From Ostrea edulis (Eukaryota): a stretch of 64,000 bases of DNA. This document shows positions 40,957 to 52,678 of this stretch, one piece after another (position 1 is the first letter of the stretch; every line of letters starts with the position of its first letter). The stretch covers positions 105,648,001 through 105,712,000 of the forward strand of contig NC_079165.1 of assembly GCF_947568905.1 (NCBI RefSeq), read 5' to 3'. The translations under genes were made by a program, and so were the position numbers. The notes under the pieces were generated by a model. It made no database searches. It was not told where the DNA came from and saw only the letters and a program-made list of their open reading frames with translations.

Positions 40957-41488
40957 TACATAATACATAAATTCAACTTTTTTTTTTTTAATTTATTCAT
41001 TTTTGCTAAAACTTAAGAATGCTGTTTGGATTTACTTGACTTTTATAACAGTATCTATACCAAAGTTTCAGTGCTTCGTTTGCTGAAGAACAACTGATTT
41101 TCACATGTTTGATGATATAGGTCAATGACTCTTGCAGGGAATGATCACAGGGTTTTGTTAGGGTCTTATACTGATGTCACCTTGTCTGTCTTTCTGTCTG
41201 TTCTTTGACTGATGTGTCTTCTACAGTGTGCTTTAGATGAGACTGAATCAGGCTTTTACCTTACAATAGAAACATTCCTGGTTAGTTGGTTGTAACTAGA
41301 ATGACCTCTGTGTGTTTTCAGGCATTAGACATTTTTTGTATATTTTTACCTTGTGAAGTTCAAAGTTCCTGTCTTTTAACATATACTCTATAGTCATGAA
41401 GGTTCACAAAAAGGTCCATCAAGACAGTCAATTGACCTTGATGCACCAATCATCAATTTGTGCAGTGTCATTTGATTCAATAAGTGTA

Positions 41489-41880
41489 GACCCCTACTGA
41501 TGAAGTCGAAGGGGACTTTTAGGTTTGTGATCCGTCCGTTTTACTGTCCGTCCAGTTTTCTGCACTTTTTTTTCTCTGTTCTTGCAGATATTCATTTTAT
41601 ATTTGGTATGTTGCTTTGCCATAACATGTTATAGATCAAGTTCGAATTTCGTCTCGGTCTGTTGATTTTTTACTTAGTTATGGCCCTTGGACTTAGAAAA
41701 ATAGCATGAATAATCAGTTTTTCAGACTTTTTTTGGTTGTGCTGGCAGATATTCATTTGATATTTGGTACATTGCTTTGTCATAACAAGTTACATATCAA
41801 GTTCGAATTTCATCTTGTTTCGTTGATTTTCCATTAAGTTATGGCCCTTGGACTTAGAAAAATAGCATGAATTGTTAGTT
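41489..41880 (+). mobile_element. Non-autonomous Helentron-type element with two ~160-bp satellite-like units
   Basis: 5' hairpin (CCCCT...AGGGG), degenerate GTCC microsatellite, and two units (GCAGATATTCATT at 41584 and 41745). Confidence 0.7.
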
Positions 41881-42209
41881 TACATCCAAGTTTCTTATCT
41901 CTGTAGATAAGAATACTACACTCATTAAAACTTCTAGTATAGTAATACAACAATATAGCTAAATTATTCATGATCACCTGCATGTCACAGTTTATTGACT
42001 TGGTTAAAGACCTAAACCTAATTATAAATTTTGTCTTTTCTCTGGTCTAGTCTCTACTCGAATAGTAGTTGATTTCCAACCATTCTTATCCTGGTTCCCC
42101 AATTTTCGCTTTTACCATAACCTACATAATGAACTTTGAATATTGTTGTGGTACAGTAATTTTTGCAACTGGTAGGGGACTATGTATTGCCATGCAATAC
42201 TCTCAGAAT

Positions 42210-42520
42210 GCTTGTTTTTCTGGGAGTTATGCCCCTCTTGAACTTAGAATTTCAAGCCCATCTGTCCTGTTCCTGTCAGCGCAACTCTTCTGAGACCGCG
42301 CAACAGAATTTTGTGAAACTTTGTAGTTAATAAGGACACACTATGTAGATGTGCATATTCCCAGGAAATTGTGATTCAATAATTTTTCTGGGAGTTTAGA
42401 ACTTAGAATTTCGAGCCCGTCTGTCCTGTTCTTACAGTAATGCATAGCATTACCATTCATTATATGAGGCACTGTAAAGCAATGTTGGAGCATGGGGTGT
42501 GTGAGCTACCTTTCTTTCAA
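42210..42520 (+). mobile_element. Helentron-type fragment with Cg170-like unit
   Basis: CAGCGCAACTCTTCTGAGACCGCGCAACAGAATTTTGTGAAACTTTGTAG core and a duplicated GAACTTAGAATTTC...CTGTCCTGTTC segment. Confidence 0.6.
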
Positions 42521-43389
42521 TAATTTTCTTTAAACTGTGTATGAGAAATTTATTGTACACATTTAGACATATAGTGATTGGCATTTGTCTCATCCTGCTT
42601 GTTAAGAAATTAATTCTCTTTGTACATTATGAAGTAAGGGACTTCTCTAGTGAAAAATAACTCGTATACATCTCAGAATTTGCATATTACAGTAACAATG
42701 ACCATGAGTATGTTTATTTCTCCTTTCCAGTACCATTGAATTGGACAATTAATCCTTGATGCAGGTTGTAATAGTTCTTTTTATGCAGCAGTAAAACTTG
42801 ACATTATTTGATTCCCGTAGAACTTGACATTATTTGATTCTCGATTTCCATGAAATAAAAATTCGTCATATCTAATGCATGGTTTTCCTTTATTAAAAGC
42901 AGCTCCATATTTGCATCATTAAAAACCAATAAAACTGGCATTTATATAGGTGTCTGACCAAAGAAGCAAAGGTGTCTATAAATAGCAGAACATAGTTATA
43001 ATAAAGATTGATTCTTCTAGTATTTATTGGATGCTTTGAGATGTTATATTTTGTCTGCAACAACTAGATAGAATGTATTCCTTTGACTCACAGAAATGTG
43101 GGTGTTGTGATTTTTTTGTTTTTGTGTGTCAAGGTCACACTTTTGAAATGAAAGAACCTAGAAATTCCATGAAGAGTGTACATAAAATCATATATACCTG
43201 TGATTTATTGCAAATTTTGTCTTAATTTGCAGCACAATTCCTATTTCTGTACATTTGCATAATAGAATTAATAAACACTAGTAAATTCAATAAGATATAT
43301 GGTAGTCTGAATTTCCTCTGATAATTTTAGATATTTGCACATTTGATGTTTATTTTTGGCATTCTTCTACTACATAGATTTTTTTGGAA

Positions 43390-43390
<1 letters not shown>

Positions 43391-43427
<37 letters not shown>

Positions 43428-44642
43428 CATTGATTTTACATTTTTAACTTCTTTTTGAAAACTAGTACAAGGCCAATACGCTGGTTTCGAGATGCGTCCG
43501 AGTTATTTCCCTTTGATGAACTCTCGTACTTAGTAAGGTGCAAAACAACTTGTTTACACGCGGGAGTGGGACAGATATTCATCACTGAATTAGTTAATCT
43601 GCTCAGTAAGTTTATCATATGCAGTTTTATCACCCATTTTCGACTGATACACAAACTAAGTAAATGATAAGTATTCAAGAAGTAATTAAATACTTAGGAT
43701 TCTTATTATATCACGTTATTTTGTTGCTCCTACCTATCATATCCAGGACATTGCTTGGAAATATTGCATTGTATTTATGTTTCTACTTTAGTAAAACATT
43801 TCTTTTGACAGTATTTTATATTTCTTACATCAAGTATTTAAAAAGAAGTCATTTCTTATACATTTTATCGTCTTTCTCATTGACTGTGGTACCACTCTGT
43901 CCCACCTAAGTATTCAAAGTTCCACTAAATACACCTCCTACACAGGAGAGCTCTAATCTCGAAACTGGCGTATTGTTATAACTTTTTATTTGAAGTATCT
44001 CTAGGATAAGAGGAAAATATAAAATTGTGAAATTTATTACTTTACCACCCCTGGGGCCTTATGGGTGGGGCCAAATATGCTAAAAACAGCCATACTTTAA
44101 AAAATCCTCTTTTCTACTCCCACACATGGGAGAAAAACTAAATGCATGCATGGTTATGATGTCCACGAAGCCCTCTATCAAAATTTCGAAATTCAAGGCC
44201 CCTGAGTCAAGGGTTCAGGCCTTAGGGTGGGGCCAATATGACCATGCATATATTGAAAATGTATTAAATCTTAGAAAATTTTCTCTACTCCCATATATAT
44301 TTGAGAAAATCTAAATGCATGATTATGATGTCCATGAATCTCTCTACCTAAATTGTGAAATTCGTGGCTCCTGGGTCAGGGATTTAGGCTCTAAGGTAGG
44401 GCCAAGCCAGTATGGCCACATAATAAAAATGTATTTTTTAAAAATTAGGTAATGTTAAAATGATTTATATGCTTCAAACTTCCATTTTTCCTTCTTTTGT
44501 AATTGAATAGGAATTGTATGCATTTTGAAAAATCATAAGCATGTGCACAAAAGATTTCATATTGAAGCTTGTATGCAAATATGAGACTCCCTGTGTGGGC
44601 TATGATACTCAGGTGACCATTAAGGCCCATGGGCCTCTTGTT
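43391..44642 (+). mobile_element. Non-autonomous Helentron-type element with ~170-bp units, interrupted by a MITE
   Basis: 5' TTTTTAGGTCACCTGAGTCACTCAGGTGACCT palindrome and 3' ACTCAGGTGACCATTAAGGCCCATGGGCCTCTTGTT end. Units start at ~44114 and ~44285. Confidence 0.8.
43479..43970. mobile_element. 492-bp MITE nested in the Helentron-type element
   Basis: TIR CGCTGGTTTCGAGAT / ATCTCGAAACTGGCG with TA on both sides. Confidence 0.7.
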
Positions 44643-44896
44643 ATATAATGACACCAGACCCTACTTTAGTGTTCAATGTTACAAATGTAAGTACGAGAGA
44701 GTGGTGTGACTGTATGACCCACATGATTCATAACTGAAGAAAATACACACACATATGGTGCATTTATTTGATTTATGACAAAAATCAATAAGGTTTGTTA
44801 GCAGTACCTTTGTTTACCTGTAGTAATATGTATGGGACATACATCTCATATATTAGCTTAGAGTCCACACATTTAGACATTCATGTAGAGTGTGGC

Positions 44897-45031
44897 CACA
44901 GGCACTCGACGTTTTAAATATCTATAATAAAAAAATTGTCTTAATGTAAACATAATATTCACATGAATATTATGTGTTTACAGGAAGACAATTTTTTTTA
45001 TTATAGATATTTAAAACGGCAAGTGCCTGTG
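44897..45031. repeat. 135-bp near-perfect palindrome
   Basis: Arms CACAGGCACTCGACGTTTTAAATATCTATAATAAAAAAATTGTCTT and its near-exact reverse complement, with an inner stem TGTAAACA..TAATATTCA/TGAATATTA..TGTTTACA. Confidence 0.9.
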
Positions 45032-45236
45032 TGTGTGCCCAAATGTAGCTCATCCACAAAGAGTACTAGAGTATAGTTTCCATTATTCCCATTTTTTAGG
45101 AATAAAAAATATGTCATATTTTGTTGGCATGATAAGCAGGTAAAACTTGTATCATTAAGACAGATAAATAGATGAATTATTGCTATTTTTATTCATTTAT
45201 TCACTTATCGGTATTGTAGAAAAATTATAACATTTT

Positions 45237-45470
45237 GCCTCTGTGGCCGAGTGGTTAGAGCATCGCACTCAAATTCACACGGCCTCTCACCTCTGGTCAG
45301 CACGGGTTCGAATCCCGCTCGCGCCGGTAAGTGAGAAAGTTTCCCAGTTTACTTTTGGAAGGTCGGTGGTCTCTTCCCAGGTACATTGTATCTGGGTTCT
45401 CTCTTCCACCAATAAAAACTGGGTGCCACCAGATAACTGAAAAATTGTTGAGTGTGGCGGAAAACATCTA
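45237..45470 (+). mobile_element. Full-length tRNA-derived SINE with 8-bp TSD
   Basis: A box TGGCCGAGTGG, B box GGTTCGAATCC. AACATTTT at 45229-45236 and 45471-45478. Related copies at 57965-58469 on the minus strand. Confidence 0.9.
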
Positions 45471-46323
45471 AACATTTTTAATGGTTTTGGAATGTACAGG
45501 CTTTACCAAGTGCTAATTTTTAACTCAAAACATACAGACTTATTTTTCCTGGCTTATAGTTATTTAGGATCCTGGCCCCCTTTTTAATGTCACATGCAAT
45601 GTTTCTGCCTTATTTTGTAAAACTAACAATCTATATAATCTATCTCCTCAATATGAAGAGTTCTTGTATGATTTCCAAAATAGGTTTAAATTGACCTGGT
45701 TTATATTGTAGTGAGATTAGTATGCTTTGTAATTGACCTGATTAGCTCAGTGGTCAGATCACCCAACTGGTATTGCAAAGGTTCAAGATTCGATTTCTGA
45801 TTGGTCCAATGATTTTTCTCCCATCTTTGCAATGTCCATGTGTACAATTATGTTTATATATACAACCTTCTGTAATATATACAAAATGACTTTCCATTTT
45901 TACTTAGCACAACCAGGAACTATCAAAATATGCTAACTCCTAAACAGACCTGGTGATTTGGTTTTGTAGAAACAAGATTGATATGATTGTATATTATTTA
46001 GAACCATCACATTTGCCCTTTAAATTACTAAAACAAACAAAAAATGTCAACACATTTTATTTAAACAGTATTTTATTAAGTATAACATAATAAGGATTAG
46101 GCCCCAGGCAGTGCCTTTATTATATAAGCCTTCTCCTTAAGGTACAAGGTAAAGGTAAATAACACATTGGAATGATCATCCACAATTTTGATTAAAAAAA
46201 AGAACTTGTGTTACATTTTCCATATAGTATCCTACTGTAGATCAAAGAAATTGTGGAATTGATTTTAAGATAAAAGAAAGGATTTAGGATTATCATTAGG
46301 ATTGTTAGTAAATTTCTGATGTA

Positions 46324-46563
46324 TCCGGGTTAGAATAGGTCCTCAGTACCCCTTTCTTGTTGTAAGAGGTGACTAAATGGGGCAGTCCTTCAGACCGAGG
46401 CCCCGTGTCACAGCAGGTGTGGCACGATAAAGATCCCTCCCTGCTCAAATGCTGTAAGTGCTGAACAAAGGCCAAAATTTTGCAGCCCTTCACCAGCAAT
46501 GGTGACGTTTCCACATGAGTGAAAAATTCTCGAGAGGAACTTTCAAACAATATACAATCAATC
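46324..46563 (+). mobile_element. 5'-truncated SINE of a second family
   Basis: Central GGTGTGGCACGATAAAGATCCC domain and (CAAT)n tail. A partial relative lies at 60731-60828. Confidence 0.75.
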
Positions 46564-46672
46564 TGTTGTGTGCCAAATTTATTAATACTTGAGATTCACA
46601 GAAAATTTTAGGCAAGTAGTGGACAAAGTAATTTTGCACAACCTACATTTCCACCACACTTCGGTTTCAACA

Positions 46673-46927
46673 TTTTTAGCTCACCTGAGCAAAAATAGGA
46701 TGGGGTCATTTGAAAATCTTATTCTCAAGAACCACTGGGCCAGAAGAGCTAAAATTTACATGAAAGCTTCCTGACATAGTGGAGATTAAGTTTGTAAAAA
46801 CCTTGACCCCCAGGGGTAGGTTGGAGCCACAATAGGGATCAAATTTTTACTGGTGAATATATGAGGAAAATCTTTAGATATGGGCCAAGGTGACTCAGGT
46901 GAGCAATGTGGCCTATGCGCCTACTGT
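46673..46927 (+). mobile_element. Short Helentron-type element with one Cg170-like satellite monomer
   Basis: Ends TTTTTAGCTCACCTGAGC and ACTCAGGTGAGCAATGTGGCCTATGCGCCT. Monomer contains the HindIII site AAGCTT. Confidence 0.8.
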
Positions 46928-47142
46928 ATTTACATCAGTTTGAGATGTGTTTAAGTATTATAAAAACAAACATACATCAGTGACCTTAGAAAGACTGGTT
47001 TCCCTGTATATTGAAAATTAGCACACACAGCACTTGAATATATCTGTACGCTGTGAACGTGAACGGTCAGTCAAGATAATTACAAGTATTTATTCTGTTT
47101 GTTATTATTTCATTTCATGGTTTTTTTTTTCTTTATTTATAG

Positions 47143-48785
47143 AAGAGGAGACCAGAGACAGTGAACATGGAAAATATATGAATGACAAACAGATCATTAA
47201 GCTGATTAATGAGGACAGCACCAACCAGGAGTTTTTCTACAAGCCTCCCATCAATGTCCTCACTCTGGCCTTCAGCATCCCTGGGATGGAGACAGATTAC
47301 CGTGACCACTACCTTGAGGACACCCAGAACCAGCACACAGTGTCCTCCCCCCGATACCAGGCTCTGCTGGAGATCATCGTCTCCTTCATCGTCTTTTTCA
47401 TCACCTCGTTATGCTGCTTTCTGATCTTCGAGAGACAGATCCCCTGGATTCTAGTCTTCTTGATTTCCTTTATATTGGAGGTGCTGTGTTTGGTCCAAGC
47501 ATTCACTGATGTCAAATACCAGGAGAAAAAGGGAGATGTCTGTCACAGCTGTACACATCTGATGTCGGGATGGTTCTTCAGGAACCTGACCGGAGCAGTG
47601 GTCACCAGTATCCCAGTGGTGGCTATCTATTCAAACCTGTCCTGTGAGATTGCAGTCAACAGATTTTCACAAGATCATTTCTTCTGCTACTGCATAGTAA
47701 TGGCTATTCTGCACTATTGTAACTTTACTATGATTAGTTCTTGGGTCAAGTCCATTGTGGCTTCACTTGCAGGGATTGTTATACTCGTCTTGTTGTACGT
47801 TCAGCTCTGCATTTTCGAAAGCACACCAGAAATGAATCCAATAATTAATGGTAGTTTTGGTTACTCCAACACAACAGATATTAGTATCACCACTATGGTT
47901 ACCACCTTGGCTGCAGGTGCCACGCAGGTGCCCCCACTGTTTTCTGGAAGCCATCCTCTACAGTTTGAGATCATTTTAGACATCATTATTTTGCTGATTC
48001 TGGTTTTCTTTCTGAACAGAGAATTTGAAATCAGCTACAGGTTGTCTTACCATGGAGACACACAGGCTTCAGCCAATAAACAGCAAATGCAACTGAACAA
48101 AGAGCAAGCTGATTGGCTCTTACACAACATCATCCCAAAGCATGTCTCTGAACAGCTAAAAGGAGAGAACTGTCAGTACTCCAAGAACCACAAAGACGTT
48201 GGCGTAATTTTTGCTGCCATTGTGAATTTTAATGAGTTCTATGATGAGTCTTATGAAGGTGGGAGGGAATATCTGAGAGTTTTAAATGAACTAGTAAGTG
48301 ACTATGAAGACTTGCTCAATCAATATAGATTCAAGGATGTGGAAAAAATAAAGACTATCACTAGCACCTTCATGGCAGCCTCAGGCCTCAACACACAATC
48401 TAGGATGGAAAACAAGCACCCTCACGCCCATCTCTTTGCTCTCTTGGAGTTCTCCATAGAGATGCAGGAGGTAGTGAAAAGATTCAATGAGAGTTTGTTT
48501 AACTTTGACTTCATTCTCAACATAGGGTACAATCATGGTGAAGTCACAGCTGGTGTCATAGGAACAACCAAACTGTTGTACGATATCTGGGGAGACACGG
48601 TTAACATCTCCAGCCGTATGTACTCCACAGGGGTGAAGGACAGAATCCAGGTCCCAGAGGCCTCCCTCCAGCTTCTAGAGGAGATGTTTGAGTTTGAATA
48701 TAGAGGAACCATTCAAGTCAAAGGAAAGGGAGATATGAAGACTTACCTTTTGAAAGGCAAGAAAGATGATGCCCATTGGGAATAG
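47143..48785 (+). CDS. ADCY9: ADCY9 terminal coding exon (end of C1b, whole M2 cassette, C2a catalytic domain)
   Basis: ctttatttatag|AA, phase 1. AC9 motifs FYKPPINVLTLAF, HNIIPKHV, EKIKTI, GTTKLLYDIWGDTVNISSRM, KGKGDMKTYL. Stop TAG at 48783-48785. The full model is 3546 nt, 1181 aa plus stop. Confidence 0.96.
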
Positions 48786-49844
48786 GCATTACAAAGGCAT
48801 TGGTGTTTACTACAGAGTTTCAATAATTCTGTTGGACGATGTAGTTTCTCTTTATTTTGATGAGAATTGTGTATATATGCAGGTTTTAGCAATCAGTGCA
48901 AGAGGTACCACTGAACTCAAATGAAAGCGTTTCATTTTTAATATATTGATAAATATTTATGATAAAAGCTTTTGATATTGAAAGAATTTCCAGAATCTGT
49001 CATTTCAACATTTGGCAGAATTTTCTACGGGTAGATAGCTGGTTGATCTCCATGAACAAATTGTTATGAAGTTGTGGCAACCCTTACCATATTATGTTTA
49101 CTTAATAGATTGAAACTTTATCCGACCTTCTCAAGTAAAGTGAATTTTACTGAGACAGATCAATATTGATGCATTTAAGAATTGGAAGACATGATGTTGA
49201 ATATCGTTTTCAAAAATTTTGATATAAATCATTTTAAAGATTAATCTTTTCCCCACATTTGACTTCTATGTATGAGAATCATTTTTAGGAATATGGTACA
49301 GAAATTGAAGAAGTCTGTTCTTGGCTACTTGTTGTAGCTGGGGGTTTGGGGTATTTTCAAAATATGTTATGCTGTTGTAATCTGATGTTCTAGTGAAATT
49401 TTTTCTGCTTTATCTGGTCTGATTAAAGTTTGTTTTTTTTTGCTGGGTTGTATTGCCATGTGAACTAATGACCACTTAATCAATTTAGGAGCCATGTGTT
49501 TTTATTCTATAAAGATTTGCTATTTTATTAATGTGTATTGTATTATGTTGTATTTTAAACCTATTAGAAGATTTCATAAACCAAACTAACTGTTTCAAAA
49601 CTGAAATATGTAGTCCAGCCTTCAAAACCATTATAGTACATATTCCATATATATTTTTTCTGGAGGAAAATACTTGCATTCACTATACGATATAACACTA
49701 GAAAAACCATTTATTCAGATATATTTATGTCAGATTCTGACCACTAAACCCAAGAGCCTTATCAACATACCAAAACCACTTTATATATTGTAGTACGTTT
49801 TATTTGAAATTGTCTGCTGAATATTTTTTTTTTTTTTTAATTTT

Positions 49845-50030
49845 GAGCTGATTTTTGATAAAATCAGTGGGGAAGTGCACAGTTTAGAAATGTTGTGCTT
49901 ATTTTTATTAAAATCAGTGGGGAAGCACACATTTTTAAAACTGCTTTTTTGTTAGTTAAAATCAGTGGGAAAGTACATATATTAAAATTCTGTGTTTATT
50001 TTTGTTAAAATCAGATGGGCAGTGTACATT
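49845..50030. repeat. Four degenerate ~49-bp tandem units in the probable ADCY9 3' UTR
   Basis: AAATCAG(T)GGG recurs at 49861, 49911, ~49958 and 50008. Confidence 0.75.
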
Positions 50031-51252
50031 TTCCATCACATGGGATGAATCTCATTAACATTATAAAAGATTAAAAAAAAAAAATAGCATTTAGTGCAAG
50101 TGCATAATACTTTCAACTAATTCTTAAACATGCTTTGAACTGAAATCTTCCCATTGTGGAATATTGCTCTCGTAGAATTCCTGTAGTAAGATAATTAATT
50201 GTCTGTTTTATTCATCTTTCATCTGTTGCCATAGAACTGTCTTGCCTGAGCTTCAACATCAACATATCCTAATTCTTGGTTTGCTGTGAGGAAAATATAT
50301 CCTATGTCACTAGTTTGAACAGGTTACATGGGACCACTATTTTGATTTATGGATTTTGCTTGTAAATATCTCAATGTCTAATAATATTTATATTTTTTGA
50401 AAGTGTCCTCAATTGACTTAGTTTCATTTTATATTCTGGAATTTAGAAATAATTCACGTTTCATTTTATATTCTAGAATTTAGAAATAATTCACATCTGC
50501 TGTTGCTGTCATACAGTGTAGTTTTCTAAATTAGAAAACTAGATATAAGAATTATTCAGTATTGGAATCAGCTCTACTTGTTACTGCTTTGTTTTAACAT
50601 AAATTTACAATTTTATGCTCCCCTCCCCCCAAACTTGGGGGGGGGGGGTGTTTGTGGTTCTTATTTCTGTCTCAGCACTGTACCTTTAACCTTTGGTCAT
50701 AGCATTTGAACAATGATATGTAGAAGAAACTGAGAGCTATATGACAAATTAGGATCATTCATGAAGGTCAAATTATCCACATTTGAACGTCATCAAACTC
50801 GAGGGCATATAAGTGTTACACAAAACAATTTTTGATTGATGGAGAAGTCATTGAGAGGCTATATTTGCTGATATGAAACATGGCAATGACTGTATTTGCT
50901 GATAAAAACATGGCAGTAGAGATTGATAAATGAAGATCCATAGTGTGGTAGTACACTGTACATTAAATTGATATATAAGATAGATATAGAGCTGAAAATA
51001 CAGTGATAGGTGCTGTGTGCTGGTGTTATAGAATTCTGTAACATTTCATCAACAATATACTAGGGTTTTGTTATAAAATTCTGTAACATTTCATCTACAG
51101 TATACCAGGGTTTAATATGTGCTTGGACTAATTCTGATGAAGGATGTTTAAGCACATTATACAATGTAGGATACTTATATTGTTTATTTTGGTTTTTATG
51201 TAAGAAATGAACAAAATTGCTAGGAGATAAATAAGAACTTATCCAGTCAAAA

Positions 51253-51376
51253 TTCCTGTGAAATTATTTCAAACACCAACTAAAAAAGTACAAAGTTCCT
51301 GTGAAATTATTTCAAACACCAACTAAAAAAGTACAAAGTTCCTGTGAAATTATTTCAAACACCAACTAAAAAAGTA
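51253..51376. repeat. 43-bp tandem repeat, ~2.9 identical copies
   Basis: TTCCTGTGAAATTATTTCAAACACCAACTAAAAAAGTACAAAG. Confidence 0.95.
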
Positions 51377-51671
51377 AAGCTACTTCGTCATATGACAGAA
51401 CTGTGTTATTTCAAGTTTATTGGTGTTGTTCCTTTCTGTTGTAAATTGTATTAGTCACATGGCCGATGGCAACCAAACGGTATACAGACTAGGTTTATCC
51501 TCTGTAAGTTTGTAATACATGCTGATACCATTCTAGTCACACTGTGTAGATATTACCGGGAACCAGTTTTATTACAGATCCAATCTATAGGAGAGATATA
51601 GGGATGAGAATGGAGAGATTGGACTTTAGCTGTTGTCAAGTGTTACTTTTGTTGGACAAAATATCTCTGTT

Positions 51672-51677
51672 AATAAA
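51672..51677 (+). terminator. Candidate ADCY9 poly(A) signal
   Basis: First clear AATAAA I found after the stop codon, followed by a U-rich tract. Confidence 0.3.
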
Positions 51678-52678
51678 GAAATTCATGTTTAATTTATTTA
51701 CTAGTATTGTGTTAGAGAATGCTTTGGAGGAGATCGAACTGGTTTAATATAAACAGTGTTTGTGATATCGCAGTACTCGGTAGTAAGATTTAAATGTATC
51801 CTGAATTTTACTGCTGGCTATTAGATAATTTTTAAGTTATTTTCAACATAATAGATGTGTATATGCCAAGGATTTAACTACAAAGTGTAAAACAACTGAA
51901 ATGTATATATACATGTGTACTTAATTTTATTTCCTGGTAACTTTGGGGAGAAATGTGTAACCTGAAACAGCAAATGTAAGCTGAGTGGAGATTTGATATA
52001 ACTTCATTAAAATTGTCCAATCTGGAAACTCTGCTTTCCAAAATCTTATTTAAATCACACATATTTTGGCACCAAAATTTGAATTACATTGAATATACTG
52101 GATTTAGTCTAATTTGAAAATTTTTCCTTGCACCAAATATGTCCAGATTAGACAATTTTCACTCTACAAATTTTGTACAAAACAGCATTACTTGATATAT
52201 TCCAGCAGAAAAAGGAACAATTTTATGAAGGGTTGAGATTTTAATCTGTAGTCTCATAACAGCACATGTTTGAAGTGACATCACACAATGTAGATTTTAT
52301 ATTGTTATGCTTCTGATAGGCTTTAGAATAAATTTTTAAAATGTACAAGAATTTTGTTTTATTGTTGACTCATCTAATCTTGAAGCCCAAGTGAGCTTTT
52401 TGGATGAAGTCAGTTTGTAATCTGTTTGACTCCTTCAATAAAAAACCACCCATTCATTTTCAGCCAAACTTTAGTGCAAAGAGTCCATAGGGAATTCGGT
52501 TTTTGATGGGCCACACCTGTTTTATAGCCCTATCTACTACATTCCTTCCTCCTTAATTCGTCTTTACTCTTGAAGACACACAACCCAGATTTTTTTTGAA
52601 AAAGATATATATGTTTACTAGGGAGGAAACCAGAACACGCCCTATTCATCCAATGAGCTGATTCACAATGTGTGATAT

